Translations under genes and position numbers: made by a program | Assembly: GCA_040768585.1 (NCBI GenBank) | Contig: JAXGMQ010000001.1 | Location: 746,392 to 810,391 of the forward strand | Direction: 5' to 3' | Source: Caldisericia bacterium | GTDB lineage: Bacteria > Caldisericota > Caldisericia > JAAYUI01 | DNA: 64,000 nucleotides | Shown: piece after piece, positions 36,639 to 46,377 of the stretch | Layout: each line of letters begins with the position of its first letter | How positions within the stretch are numbered: the stretch's first letter is position 1 | Notes under the pieces: model-generated | The model's database searches: none | Seen by the model: only the letters and a program-made list of their open reading frames with translations | Told to the model about the DNA's origin: nothing

Positions 36639-37503
36639 AGACTTCAGGTACACCTCGGCGAGGGTCAAGGTTCTTGAAACCAGACTCCTTTCTGAGACTG
36701 ATTTTCTGAGGTTTAGAAACCTGGCACCTGGAGCTCGAGTTAGCGCCATGCAAGACACATTTGGCTGGTTTGATGGTGTTGCCTCAAACTTCAGAAATCA
36801 AGCCAACGCCCACCTCTACGATGTGGCCATGAGACTGGCAAGTGAGTGTAATGCTCCCGATCTTGCAGCATACTTCCTTTTGCCAAAGGGTTTCGAGCAG
36901 GCGCAGGCTGTGCTAGAGGGTGCTCCTTGCCCAAAGGTGCTTGTGCCACAATTTTCGATGTATTGCTCAACTGGCAGCATCTCAGACTTGCCCACCGAAG
37001 CCCAAGACTGTTTCGAGAAAGCTTCCAGGTTACACGATCTGGGACTTGTTGGAAGCGCAAGGAGACTCATCACATCAACCCTTATCTCGCTCATGAAACA
37101 ATCTCGATTCACGAAACTCCCTTACTTTTCCAAGCTCCTCACCCACTGGATAGACACACTCGATGTGAGATTACTCATCTCATCAATGCTGAGAGTAGGC
37201 ACATACAAGGGATTAAAAGGTGGAAGCCTGAATCTCAGGTCAGATACCGACCTCTCCCAGATTGCCAGAAAACTTGGCATCAGAGATGCTGACCCATTCT
37301 CAATAGAGAAGAAGCTTGATGATATGCTGTTCGAGTCGGTTGTCGAATCACGAAAGATGCCGTATGGTCCCGAGGTTGTGTTTGGCTACCTCTGGGAGCT
37401 TGAGCGAGAGTTCAGGAATGCCTCCATGTTGGTTGTTGGCGCCGAAGTTGCCATCCCACCTGAGGAGTTAGAGCGTGCCTACAGGAGCGCTTATGCAAAC
37501 TGA
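36589..37503 (+). CDS. ntpC: V/A-type ATPase subunit C (eukaryotic d-like)
   Basis: AGGAGG (36576-36581) lies 7 nt before the ATG at 36589. The N-terminal DFRYTSARVKVLETRLLS matches the C/d-subunit pattern. Operon position also fits. Confidence 0.8.
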   Translation: MKTWQSMLPSSKTPNPEDFRYTSARVKVLETRLLSETDFLRFRNLAPGARVSAMQDTFGWFDGVASNFRNQANAHLYDVAMRLASECNAPDLAAYFLLPKGFEQAQAVLEGAPCPKVLVPQFSMYCSTGSISDLPTEAQDCFEKASRLHDLGLVGSARRLITSTLISLMKQSRFTKLPYFSKLLTHWIDTLDVRLLISSMLRVGTYKGLKGGSLNLRSDTDLSQIARKLGIRDADPFSIEKKLDDMLFESVVESRKMPYGPEVVFGYLWELEREFRNASMLVVGAEVAIPPEELERAYRSAYAN

Positions 37504-37831
37504 TAACCCCGCCAAGAGACTCGATGTTGTGGCATTCGGTAACTCCCTCCAAGTATCGCCCTGGGGCTACATGGGAGCAAAGGTTATAACAACAGATGAT
37601 ATCGACGCAGAATCGACACTTAAGCGGCTGCTTAGCGATAAAAATATTGGCATACTCTTAATCTCAGAAGAAGTTGCCAAAGCATATGAGGAAATACTTT
37701 CGATATCAGGACTCACAGGGCCTGTTGTGCTGGTTTTGCCCTCTGGATTTGATGAAGTCGACCCCGCCTGGAAAACACTTCGAAAGCTTGTTACCGAGGC
37801 TGTCGGCGTGGACTTATTAGGAAAAGAGTAG
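37493..37831 (+). CDS. ntpF: V/A-type ATPase subunit F
   Basis: ~112 aa with IGILLISEEVA, which is typical of F subunits. The ATG at 37493 has an AGGAG RBS and overlaps the ntpC stop. Confidence 0.75.
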   Translation: MQTDNPAKRLDVVAFGNSLQVSPWGYMGAKVITTDDIDAESTLKRLLSDKNIGILLISEEVAKAYEEILSISGLTGPVVLVLPSGFDEVDPAWKTLRKLVTEAVGVDLLGKE

Positions 37832-37837
37832 ATAAAT

Positions 37838-39580
37838 ATGGGAATAATCAAGACAATATCAGGACCGCTTGTGAAGGCAACCGACCTACCCGAAGCGCAG
37901 ATGTACGAACTCGTGAGAGTCGGTGAGATCGGTTTGTTTGGCGAGATAATCGAGATGAAATCAGGTGTCGCCTCAATCCAAGTCTACGAAGACACAGATG
38001 GATTGAAGCCAGGTGAACCTGTCACATGCACCGGCATGCCCCTATCGATCCTGATGGGGCCTGGTCTCATTGGTTCAATATATGATGGCATCGGCAGACC
38101 ACTCCCAACCCTCCAGAACAAACACGGTGACTATATCGCAAGGGGAGCAATCGAGCAGTCGCTCGACGCAGCGAAGGTTTGGCATTTTGATGTTAACCCT
38201 GATATTGCAGAGGTGGTCAAAACGGGTGATGTGCTGGGTTGGGTGCAAGAGACCGAGGTTGTCAAACATTCAATTATGGTTCCTCCAGGATTCGAAGGCA
38301 AACTTGAGGGACTCTCATCAGGCGACTTCACAGTCATGCAGCCTATTGCAAAAGTTGGCGGCAAAGAGGTAAAACTCGCCAACGATTGGCCAGTTAGACA
38401 CAGAAGGCCGATTGCTGAGAGACTGCCCCCATTCAAACCAATGATAACAGGTCAGCGTGTTCTCGACTGCCTTTTCCCAATTGCTCAGGGTGGCACAGCT
38501 TGTGTTCCTGGCCCGTTTGGCTCTGGCAAGACTGTTGTTCAACACCAGCTGGCGAAGTGGGCTGACGCTGACATCATCGTCTATGTCGGCTGCGGCGAGC
38601 GCGGCAACGAGATGACCGATGTATTGAACGAGTTCCCGGAGCTTGTTGACCCAAAGACAAACGCACCACTTATGAAACGAACCGTGCTTATTGCCAACAC
38701 CTCCAACATGCCAGTGGCTGCTCGTGAGGCTTCCGTTTTCTCAGGGGCTGCTATTGCTGAGTATTACCGCGACATGGGTTATAGAGTCGCGCTTATGGCT
38801 GATTCGACCTCCCGTTGGGCTGAGGCTATGAGAGAAATCTCGGGCAGGCTTGAGGAGATGCCAGGTGAGGAAGGATTCCCGGCATACTTAGCCTCAAGAA
38901 TAGCCAGCTTCTACGAAAGAGCTGGCATGGTTCGCTGCCTTGGCACTCCTGAGCGTGAAGGTTCGCTCTCGATGATTGGCGCTGTCTCACCCCCCGGTGG
39001 TGATTTGTCAGAACCAGTCGTGCAAGCAACCCTTCGCGCTGTTAAGGTTTTCTGGGCACTTGACTCTCAGCTTGCATACAAACGCCACTTCCCCTCAATC
39101 AACTGGCTCAACTCATACTCGCTCTACGCCGAGGATGTCGGGCCATATTTTGACGAAAACATCGGCTCAGAGTGGACAACGCTCCGCAGGAAAATCATGG
39201 CGATACTTGACGAAGAGTCACACCTTGAGGAGATAGTCAGGCTCGTTGGTCAAGACGCGCTCTCCTCTAAGCAGAAACTCACAATCGAGTTTGCCAGGTC
39301 AATCAGGGAGGACTTTCTCCAGCAGAACGCCTTCAACGAGGACGACACCTACACCCCAGCCTCAAAACAGCTTGGGCTGTTGAAGGCAATCTGCAAACTC
39401 TACGAAGGAGCTGAGATTGTTCTTTCTGACAATCCAGACGCATTTGATAAATTTATGCAACTTGAGGTCAGAGACACCATCGCCAAATCCAAATTTGTAC
39501 CAGAACCATCTGAAACTCACTTTGTGGCACTGATGGATGAAATCGATAAAGCACTAGATTCTATTGGAGGTTCGAGATGA
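37838..39580 (+). CDS. ntpA: V/A-type ATPase catalytic subunit A
   Basis: Walker [10 protein letters not shown], plus the non-homologous insert region and [22 protein letters not shown] motifs. Confidence 0.95.
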   Translation: MGIIKTISGPLVKATDLPEAQMYELVRVGEIGLFGEIIEMKSGVASIQVYEDTDGLKPGEPVTCTGMPLSILMGPGLIGSIYDGIGRPLPTLQNKHGDYIARGAIEQSLDAAKVWHFDVNPDIAEVVKTGDVLGWVQETEVVKHSIMVPPGFEGKLEGLSSGDFTVMQPIAKVGGKEVKLANDWPVRHRRPIAERLPPFKPMITGQRVLDCLFPIAQGGTACVPGPFGSGKTVVQHQLAKWADADIIVYVGCGERGNEMTDVLNEFPELVDPKTNAPLMKRTVLIANTSNMPVAAREASVFSGAAIAEYYRDMGYRVALMADSTSRWAEAMREISGRLEEMPGEEGFPAYLASRIASFYERAGMVRCLGTPEREGSLSMIGAVSPPGGDLSEPVVQATLRAVKVFWALDSQLAYKRHFPSINWLNSYSLYAEDVGPYFDENIGSEWTTLRRKIMAILDEESHLEEIVRLVGQDALSSKQKLTIEFARSIREDFLQQNAFNEDDTYTPASKQLGLLKAICKLYEGAEIVLSDNPDAFDKFMQLEVRDTIAKSKFVPEPSETHFVALMDEIDKALDSIGGSR

Positions 39581-40947
39581 GAGAATACCTAACCACAAAA
39601 GATGTCGTCGGGCCTCTCATGCTTGTGACTGATTGCGGTGACATCCCTTACTCTGAGATTGCTGAGATCGAGCTGCCAAGCGGTGAGGTTCGCCATGCTC
39701 AGGTACTTGAGACCTCTCACAACACAGCGCTTCTGCAGGTTTTTGAAGGGACATCGGGCATCAACCCCGGCAAGACAAAGGTCAGATTCACAGGCAAACC
39801 CCTGACAATCGGACTCACTCCCGACATGCTAGGCAGAGCCTTCGATGGACTCGGTAGACCAAAGGATGGGCTGCCCCCACCAATCCCAACAAAACGTTTG
39901 CCAATTAACGGTCAGCCACTCAATCCAGTCTCAAGAGCCTATCCAAATGAATACATCAACACAGGAATATCTGCAATTGACGGACTCAACTCCCTCGTTC
40001 GCGGACAGAAACTCCCCATCTTCTCAGGCTCCGGACTCCCTCATGCAAGGATTGCGGCATCGATTGCAAGACAAGCCTCCATCAGGTCGGGTGAGGATTT
40101 CTCTGTTGTGTTTGCCGCCCTTGGCGTTACGTTTGAGGAAGCGGACTACTTCATGAGAAGCTTCCGCGACACGGGGGCGTCCGCTCGTGCTGTCATGTTT
40201 ATCAACCTTGCCTCAGACCCTGTTATTGAGCGAATCGCTATTCCTCGCATGGCTTTGACAACGGCTGAGTTTTTGGCATTTGAGCTTGGTCACCACGTGC
40301 TTGTCATCATGACTGATATGACCAACTATTGTGAGGCTCTTCGCGAGGTGGGCGCAGCGAGGCGTGAGATTCCAGGTAGAAGAGGATATCCCGGATATAT
40401 GTACACCGACCTGGCAACACTCTACGAACGGGCAGGGCGTGTTGTTTGCAAACCTGGGTCTATTACTCAGATGCCAATCCTCACCATGCCAGACGATGAT
40501 AAAACTCACCCAATCCCAGACCTCACAGGATATATCACAGAAGGTCAGATAATCCTCTCAAGGTCGCTTGAGCGCGCTGGTATCTATCCCCCGATTGACG
40601 TTTTGCCATCGCTATCTAGGCTTCGCGACAAGGGAATAGGAGAGGGCAAAACAAGAGGGGACCATGCAGCTCTCTCGTCCCAGCTTTTTGCCAGCTATGC
40701 CAGGGGGCGTGACGCTCGTGAACTCGCTGTCATTCTTGGTGAATCCGCTCTCTCTGAAATTGATGTGAAGTATGTAAGGTTTGCAGAGGAGTTTGAGAGG
40801 CAGTTTGTAGCACAAGGATCCGAGGAGAACCGCACAGTCGAGGACACACTCGACATCGGTTGGAGGCTGCTCTCGATGCTGCCAAAATCTGAGCTAAAGA
40901 GAATCAAACCAGAGATGATAGAAAAATACATGAAGGTGGAGGAGTAG
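39577..40947 (+). CDS. ntpB: V/A-type ATPase subunit B
   Basis: ATGA overlap with ntpA. Motifs [28 protein letters not shown] and [11 protein letters not shown]. Confidence 0.95.
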   Translation: MREYLTTKDVVGPLMLVTDCGDIPYSEIAEIELPSGEVRHAQVLETSHNTALLQVFEGTSGINPGKTKVRFTGKPLTIGLTPDMLGRAFDGLGRPKDGLPPPIPTKRLPINGQPLNPVSRAYPNEYINTGISAIDGLNSLVRGQKLPIFSGSGLPHARIAASIARQASIRSGEDFSVVFAALGVTFEEADYFMRSFRDTGASARAVMFINLASDPVIERIAIPRMALTTAEFLAFELGHHVLVIMTDMTNYCEALREVGAARREIPGRRGYPGYMYTDLATLYERAGRVVCKPGSITQMPILTMPDDDKTHPIPDLTGYITEGQIILSRSLERAGIYPPIDVLPSLSRLRDKGIGEGKTRGDHAALSSQLFASYARGRDARELAVILGESALSEIDVKYVRFAEEFERQFVAQGSEENRTVEDTLDIGWRLLSMLPKSELKRIKPEMIEKYMKVEE

Positions 40948-40951
40948 ACGG

Positions 40952-41566
40952 GTGTCACTGAATCTGCCAGCAAACAGAATGGAGCTTTTCAAGCGGAAGC
41001 GTTCGCTTGCTCAAGCAACAAAGGGCTTGAAGCTCCTTCGGGACAAGCTTGAGGCTGTGATGGCTGAGTTTTTGGTCATCGCTCGTGAATATAAAACCGA
41101 GAAAAAGAAACTCATTAAGAAACTCACCATCTCCCAGGCCAGGTTTGCGCTTGCTGCTGCATCAACCCCATTCCTTGAATTTGGAGGCAAAACCACCTCT
41201 GGCAAACTTCTTGTAGCCAAGGGGCAAAAACGCGTAATGACGCTCGTTTTGCCAAAACTCGATATTGCAGAGTTCGAGCCAGACACAGCACTGCCACCGC
41301 AGGCGGCAACCGCTGACGCGCTAGATTCTCTTGTGTCATACCGTGAGCTTGTCCCTATTGTTATCAAGGTGGCGGAGCTTGAGACCTCGATGAGAGAGCT
41401 GGCACTTGAGATTCAACGTACCCGCCGAAGGGTGAACGCATTAGAACACGTCATGGTGCCAAGGCTCGAAGGGGATGTCCGTTCAATCCAGTCCAAACTC
41501 GACGAAGCTGAGAGGGCGAACATGTCGAGACTGCAGAGGGTGAAGGCGATATTGGAGAATAAATAG
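40952..41566 (+). CDS. ntpD: V/A-type ATPase subunit D
   Basis: GTG start. PANRMELFKRKRSLAQATKGLKLLRDK and RRRVNALEHVMVPRL are canonical D-subunit motifs. Confidence 0.9.
   Translation: MSLNLPANRMELFKRKRSLAQATKGLKLLRDKLEAVMAEFLVIAREYKTEKKKLIKKLTISQARFALAAASTPFLEFGGKTTSGKLLVAKGQKRVMTLVLPKLDIAEFEPDTALPPQAATADALDSLVSYRELVPIVIKVAELETSMRELALEIQRTRRRVNALEHVMVPRLEGDVRSIQSKLDEAERANMSRLQRVKAILENK
41543..41566 (+). repeat. Direct repeat copy 1 (last 24 nt of ntpD)
   Basis: AAGGCGATATTGGAGAATAAATAG. An identical copy lies at 42266-42289. Confidence 0.9.
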
Positions 41567-41631
41567 ATTCAATTCGTTTTGGGTCTAAGTTTTTGATTCA
41601 AGAAGTATGGCTCTTATTTTGAGGAGGTGAC

Positions 41632-42198
41632 ATGGTTTTAATTGAGGGAACTTTGCAAAATGTTTTTATGAGGTATGTGGTAGGTTTCGTTCTATTGGGT
41701 GTTATCCTCGTGGCTCTTCCAATATTATCATCATTCCTGACCCCCTTCTCGCCTGTTGATCCGGTTGTACCCATAGCAATGTCATTTGCCTTTCTTTTGT
41801 TATTCGTATTTATCTTGTATTTACCTATCTCATATTTCCTGTTCAGATTCAAATTGACTTATCTTCTTATTGATGGAAAACCAACAATCATCGTGAAAAC
41901 GCCAACAACGCAGCGACAATTCGGTGCCAGCTCAAACTACCATATCTCATTCACAACCTTAAGCACATTCTATGGCTATAGAGTCACTTATTTGAAGCTA
42001 GACATCTGGGATTCATGGAGCAGGAAAACATTCTTTGAGCGTTTGCCACCAGGAATTGAGATAAAGAACCTCTCAGAATACACACAAGGTGGAGGATATT
42101 TGACAGCTCAGTTAGTTTCAGTTGGTAGACACCCGGGGATTGTGTGGAGGATATGCAAGGAGCTTGAGAAGAATTCTGGTGTAAAAAAGCTTCCGTAG
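41632..42198 (+). CDS. 2-TM membrane protein of unknown function (membrane-flanked PH-like architecture?)
   Basis: GAGGAGG RBS. Two N-terminal TM helices, then FRFKLTYLLIDGKPTIIVKTP. The paralog is at 43691..44383. Confidence 0.7.
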   Translation: MVLIEGTLQNVFMRYVVGFVLLGVILVALPILSSFLTPFSPVDPVVPIAMSFAFLLLFVFILYLPISYFLFRFKLTYLLIDGKPTIIVKTPTTQRQFGASSNYHISFTTLSTFYGYRVTYLKLDIWDSWSRKTFFERLPPGIEIKNLSEYTQGGGYLTAQLVSVGRHPGIVWRICKELEKNSGVKKLP

Positions 42199-42241
42199 GA
42201 ATCTCTAGTAAAATGAGCACGATAAACACGTGATGACATAA

Positions 42242-42289
42242 AAGCTCAACGAAGTCGAGAAGACAAAGGCGATATTGGAGAATAAATAG
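42242..42289 (+). pseudogene. Degenerate duplicate of the ntpD 3' end (includes direct repeat copy 2)
   Basis: Reads KLNEVEKTKAILENK*, versus the authentic KLDEAERANMSRLQRVKAILENK*. The last 24 nt are identical to 41543-41566. Confidence 0.8.
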
Positions 42290-42325
42290 TAATTGTTTAT
42301 ACTGTAGACACTGGGAGGTGTTGAT

Positions 42326-43528
42326 GTGCATTTGACAGGCAAACAAGTTGGAGAATACAGTAAAACTATCTATTTGTTAAAATACTATATCAAGGTGCTG
42401 AATAGATTGACTCCATTTAAGTTATCCATCGAAGATGATAAATTTCTAGAACAAAAAACAATAATTCGAACAAGGTGCGACTATACAGAAATTCTTCTTC
42501 ATATTAGGAGAATTATTAGAAAGTTTACTACGCACTTTTATCCAATAAAACCAATAACTGAAATAGTGAAAAAATACAGATCATTTGAATCTAATGGGAA
42601 TGTAAAAGAATTTATGCTACCTTTGGGATTCTTCAGAGATAGTTTTAAGCCAATTGTAACATTCAGTGATGATCCAAATACACCTTGTGATGTCGAAGTG
42701 ACCTTATCTTTTGGTTGGAAGATGGAAGCAAATCAAAATGGGATAATGGAATCAGATACTTTGAATTTAAGGATACTTGCTCCGGAAAAAATTGCCCTTG
42801 ATGAAGCCGGTTTTTTATATAAGAAAATTGAGATGTTCCAATATACCCACAAAAATTTTCTTGAAAAAATCAGGACTTATGGGAATAATACAGGAAATGA
42901 AAATCCTAATATTTATAATGAAATCATTAGAGAATATCAAAAATTGGGTCATTTGATCATGATTTATTCAAATAGTTTCATCCTCAGAATTCACTCATTC
43001 CTTGATAAGTTCCTAAACAGAGTAATCAATACACAATACTCAAAAATTCAAATACCTTCTGGCGTATCATTGGATGAATTTATGCGTAAGAATTTTGATT
43101 CAAGACTAGACGCAGTATTGTGGCAGCCTACTCAGATTGATACAAATAATAATCAACTGTATATAGATTTTGACAAATATAAAAATCTGAGAAATAAAAT
43201 AACTCACGGTCTTAAACTTAGCGAAATGGATACTATACTTCTAGAATATAATGATCTGGAATCTTTGAATATTACTTACATTAAAATTGCAAGAATGTTG
43301 TGGAAGCATTATTACGCCGAAGAATATCCACAATATCTCCAATATCTTGGTAGAGATTACTCTGACAAAGTCTTCAACCTCGACACCGAAGTTATCTCTA
43401 TGCTTGACTATGCCATGAGAGTAAAAGGTAAGATGATCACCAGGATGAATAACAAACTTAGAGAATATGGATATCAGATATCAAGAATCCCTATCGCAAA
43501 CGATGACCAAAAACCACAACTTACCTAG
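42326..43528 (+). CDS. AT-rich orphan protein with Rx4H (HEPN-like) motif
   Basis: 400 aa with a GTG start and a GGAGG RBS 7 nt upstream. Sampled 60-nt lines are roughly 22-32% G+C, versus ~50% in the ntp genes. The motif FDKYKNLRNKITHG has its R codon at 43190 and its H codon at 43205. Confidence 0.65.
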   Translation: MHLTGKQVGEYSKTIYLLKYYIKVLNRLTPFKLSIEDDKFLEQKTIIRTRCDYTEILLHIRRIIRKFTTHFYPIKPITEIVKKYRSFESNGNVKEFMLPLGFFRDSFKPIVTFSDDPNTPCDVEVTLSFGWKMEANQNGIMESDTLNLRILAPEKIALDEAGFLYKKIEMFQYTHKNFLEKIRTYGNNTGNENPNIYNEIIREYQKLGHLIMIYSNSFILRIHSFLDKFLNRVINTQYSKIQIPSGVSLDEFMRKNFDSRLDAVLWQPTQIDTNNNQLYIDFDKYKNLRNKITHGLKLSEMDTILLEYNDLESLNITYIKIARMLWKHYYAEEYPQYLQYLGRDYSDKVFNLDTEVISMLDYAMRVKGKMITRMNNKLREYGYQISRIPIANDDQKPQLT

Positions 43529-43690
43529 TACATTCCATGAAATAAACTCTCCTCACACCGACAATATCCACCAACAAACAGTGCAAACATAATCATCCAA
43601 ATTCTCGCCATTCCCCATACTCCAGTTCTTTGATTAACCCTGCCCACGTGCTACAATGCACCAAAAGAATCAAATGGATATAGAGCTTTC

Positions 43691-44383
43691 GTGGATGAAA
43701 TCACAACAATAATTACAGGCAGATCGGATAAGATCACATGCACGTCGAAGGGGTGCGCAATCACCGGCTTCATTGTGCTCATGGCAATTATTATATTTGC
43801 TGTCGGTTCCTTTAGACACCTGAGTGCGAAAACCCTCTCCGTTTATTTGTTTCCTGCCATTATCATCATCTCTGTTTTACTAGCCTCCGTTCTAATTGTG
43901 AACTCTGTGCGAAATCGACGCACTCTCACCCTCAAATATGTCGACGGTAAACCTGTAATATCAGTTGCGCGTGCGAACAACAGCATCATCTTCACCTGGC
44001 CATTCGAGTTTAGAGCAAGATTATTTGATTTGCAGACAATCTTTCGGCATCAGTACGGCCCAAACGGCTATATATATCTTGAGATAGCGCAGGACAATAA
44101 TCGCTTGAAGGTAACTGAAAAGCTCCAATATGGCTGCCCTATGCCAACTGACATTGAGTTCGAGGGGATTGACGAGGAACAGCTTGCGCTTTTTGATAAA
44201 CCAATCGACGCTCAGTCTACCGCAATCTATCTGATATTTAAAAGTCTTTATGACTACAAAAATCCCCAAAAACGTGCCAACGAGGCAAAAGACAAAAATC
44301 GGGGATCAAATCACTTTCGATACGATGAGTCACAAATCTTCTCCAGCGATGATCGTGAAATTATCGATCCGTTCCTCGACTAG
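43691..44383 (+). CDS. 2-TM membrane protein, paralog of 41632..42198
   Basis: GTG start. Two TM helices, then RRTLTLKYVDGKPVISVARANN, which matches the LTYLLIDGKPTIIVKTP segment of the paralog. Confidence 0.65.
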   Translation: MDEITTIITGRSDKITCTSKGCAITGFIVLMAIIIFAVGSFRHLSAKTLSVYLFPAIIIISVLLASVLIVNSVRNRRTLTLKYVDGKPVISVARANNSIIFTWPFEFRARLFDLQTIFRHQYGPNGYIYLEIAQDNNRLKVTEKLQYGCPMPTDIEFEGIDEEQLALFDKPIDAQSTAIYLIFKSLYDYKNPQKRANEAKDKNRGSNHFRYDESQIFSSDDREIIDPFLD

Positions 44384-44529
44384 CATTAATTAGTAAATAT
44401 TCCCATTTATATCTGCACTGTAACATCTATTGGTGATAATACTGTTATATCCTATATTATTTAACTCTACTAGCTCTCGTAGTTTACATCTATTGTAATG
44501 TGTTAAACATTCTTAATACATTTGTGTCA

Positions 44530-44846
44530 GAGTTTGTGAGAAAGGAGACAGACATCAAAAAGATAACAGGCGCGACTCCAGACCACCTCTCAAGGCGGGA
44601 ATGTTCTTCGACCCAGAGGGTCGTCAGCTAGAGGAAGTCATGAGATGGAGGGGTTGAAGGAGTCAACCTCAGATGACACAACTCAATCTGTTGGTGAGAG
44701 TTTCGAAGAACCACCGAGATCCACCCAGGTACCGGGTCAGCAACATACAAGGAACTAGGGAGGTACAGGTGGATGAAGTCGAAAAAACGGCGTCAGTAAC
44801 TGCACACAAGAGGTGAGACATAGAGCTTAATCTTGTGAGTGTTTTT
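44530..44846 (+). other. Candidate structured RNA and/or 47-aa small ORF inside a 700-bp ORF-free gap
   Basis: The core has higher G+C than its flanks. Hairpins at 44609-44623 and 44652-44668. A small ORF at 44673..44816 has AAGGAG 10 nt upstream. The stem CACAAGA/TCTTGTG (44805-44837) is followed by a T-rich run. Confidence 0.25.
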
Positions 44847-45082
44847 CAAAGTTTTTCTTTTTGCATCGGCAGTACAAGGAAATATCGGCTGTAAATATTT
44901 GGAAGACAACAGATGTGGCAATAGGGTCAAACTATTGTAAGTTTTCAAAAACAAGGCCTTATTGCCGAAACTGCGGGGATTGTTAGTTTTGGTTGCTTGC
45001 GGTTTTTTGCTCCCTTTTCCGTGACACCAGAACGGGTCACACAAAAACAATCCCCCACCCTGATTAAAAACCTAAAAAAATG

Positions 45083-45907
45083 CTATCTCCAGAGCCCATG
45101 TTCCACCAGGTGATTTCTCAGTCTTCGCCTTGAGTAGTTGATGAAATCAGATAATTCATCGGTTGGCAAGTCAAGGTTATCAGCACTCTTATAATCGAGT
45201 GACGCAAGTTCAATAAGGTGATGATATCTTCTGTCAATATTCTCACTTGCCCAATTTGCGCTCTCAAGCTTAGACAAGATTAGTCTTCTCTCAACGAATG
45301 CGATAATTCTGCATGTATTTAGAACTGAATATATCGGAAATTCCTCAGACTGCTCTCCCAACCAAATAAAATCCTGCAATATAGAGTCATCAACATCAAA
45401 ATCCGGCACATCTGGCAATGTATCATCGTCTAAACCAAACAGTCTCATCCCTCGAGTTTTGCAGACCCTAAAATGAACCGCCAGGTCGGAGTCAACTGGA
45501 TCTTTACCCCACAATTCCTCGACTATCGAATCTGGTTTTTCATTGACGAGTTTAGTCAACCTTTCACGGTAGCTGGAACTGTAGTGAAAATCGAACCTCG
45601 CTGGGTGTTTCCAGGGAGAGATATCACGGAGATTGACAAAACTCAACTCAATCGGTCGAGGGTTCCCCGAAAATCTCAACGTCAACTTGGATATCTTAAG
45701 AACACCCTCTCGTGACAACGGACTCTTAGTCACAAAAAGCAAGTCCACATCACTCTTGGACTCGTTGAAACATCCAAGCGAAAGGGAACCATGAAGCCAG
45801 ACTGACGAAAGGTTATCCCCGAATAAACAGGAAACCACGCCCCCCACGAAACCACAAACCTGCTCCCTAACGGTCTTCGGACAGCTCTCCCCTAACACTA
45901 GATTCAT
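45083..45907 (-). CDS. Nucleotidyltransferase with DUF4111-like C-terminal domain (aminoglycoside adenylyltransferase-like)
   Basis: The N-terminal GSLSLGCFNESKSDVDLLFV motif (G[SG]-X-D-X-D polymerase-beta-type NTase) and the ~270-aa size match ANT(3'')/AadA-like proteins. Confidence 0.65.
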   Translation of the reverse strand: MNLVLGESCPKTVREQVCGFVGGVVSCLFGDNLSSVWLHGSLSLGCFNESKSDVDLLFVTKSPLSREGVLKISKLTLRFSGNPRPIELSFVNLRDISPWKHPARFDFHYSSSYRERLTKLVNEKPDSIVEELWGKDPVDSDLAVHFRVCKTRGMRLFGLDDDTLPDVPDFDVDDSILQDFIWLGEQSEEFPIYSVLNTCRIIAFVERRLILSKLESANWASENIDRRYHHLIELASLDYKSADNLDLPTDELSDFINYSRRRLRNHLVEHGLWR

Positions 45908-45972
45908 TTAAAACCCACCGGGCGGCGAGGGAATCTCTCTATGAGCAAACCCTCACCATAACTAATACACAA

Positions 45973-46377
45973 CTAGTACTTAATTATCCTTGGCAACTCT
46001 TTCGCTTGAGCCACCCAGTCTGTGACCTTATTCAAGGATGGGAGCTGTCTGACGAGTTTTTTGCTCTCGTTCACCTCAACCATCTTCGCATGCAGATTCT
46101 CAGCGTTTCTCTGCGCGAGCTCTGGGATAGTGTCGACACCAGACTCCTCGAGAAGATCCGCATACTCCTGGCCAACACCCTTGATTCTGAAAAGATCGAC
46201 ATGATTAACCCACTCAAGAATGAGTTTTCCGCTGATTCCAGATTTCTTCTCAATCTCTTTTCTACCACTTGGTGTTGAGCCCACATCGAGTAGGTCGTTG
46301 GTCGTTGAAATACCGCCTGCAGCAAGCTTCTTTGCGTACTTTTCGCCAATACCCTCTACATACTCCAGTTTTGCCAT
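45973..46377 (-). CDS. DUF4332 domain protein (tandem helix-hairpin-helix-like)
   Basis: Starts at MAKLEYVEGIGEKYAKKL with an AGGAGG RBS; the ORF-track start at 46461 is rejected. ILEWVNHVDLFRIKGVGQEYADLLEESGVDT...AENLHAKMVEVN is typical of the family. Confidence 0.75.
   Translation of the reverse strand: MAKLEYVEGIGEKYAKKLAAGGISTTNDLLDVGSTPSGRKEIEKKSGISGKLILEWVNHVDLFRIKGVGQEYADLLEESGVDTIPELAQRNAENLHAKMVEVNESKKLVRQLPSLNKVTDWVAQAKELPRIIKY

Noticed and set aside
44384-45082. Known housekeeping RNAs (RNase P RNA, tmRNA, SRP RNA, 6S) or a group II intron remnant in the 700-bp gap.
   Set aside because: None of the diagnostic strings is present: GGAAAGUCCGG for RNase P, a tRNA-like GGUUCGAAUCC 3' end for tmRNA, the GGAAGCAGCC SRP domain IV, or intron domain V.
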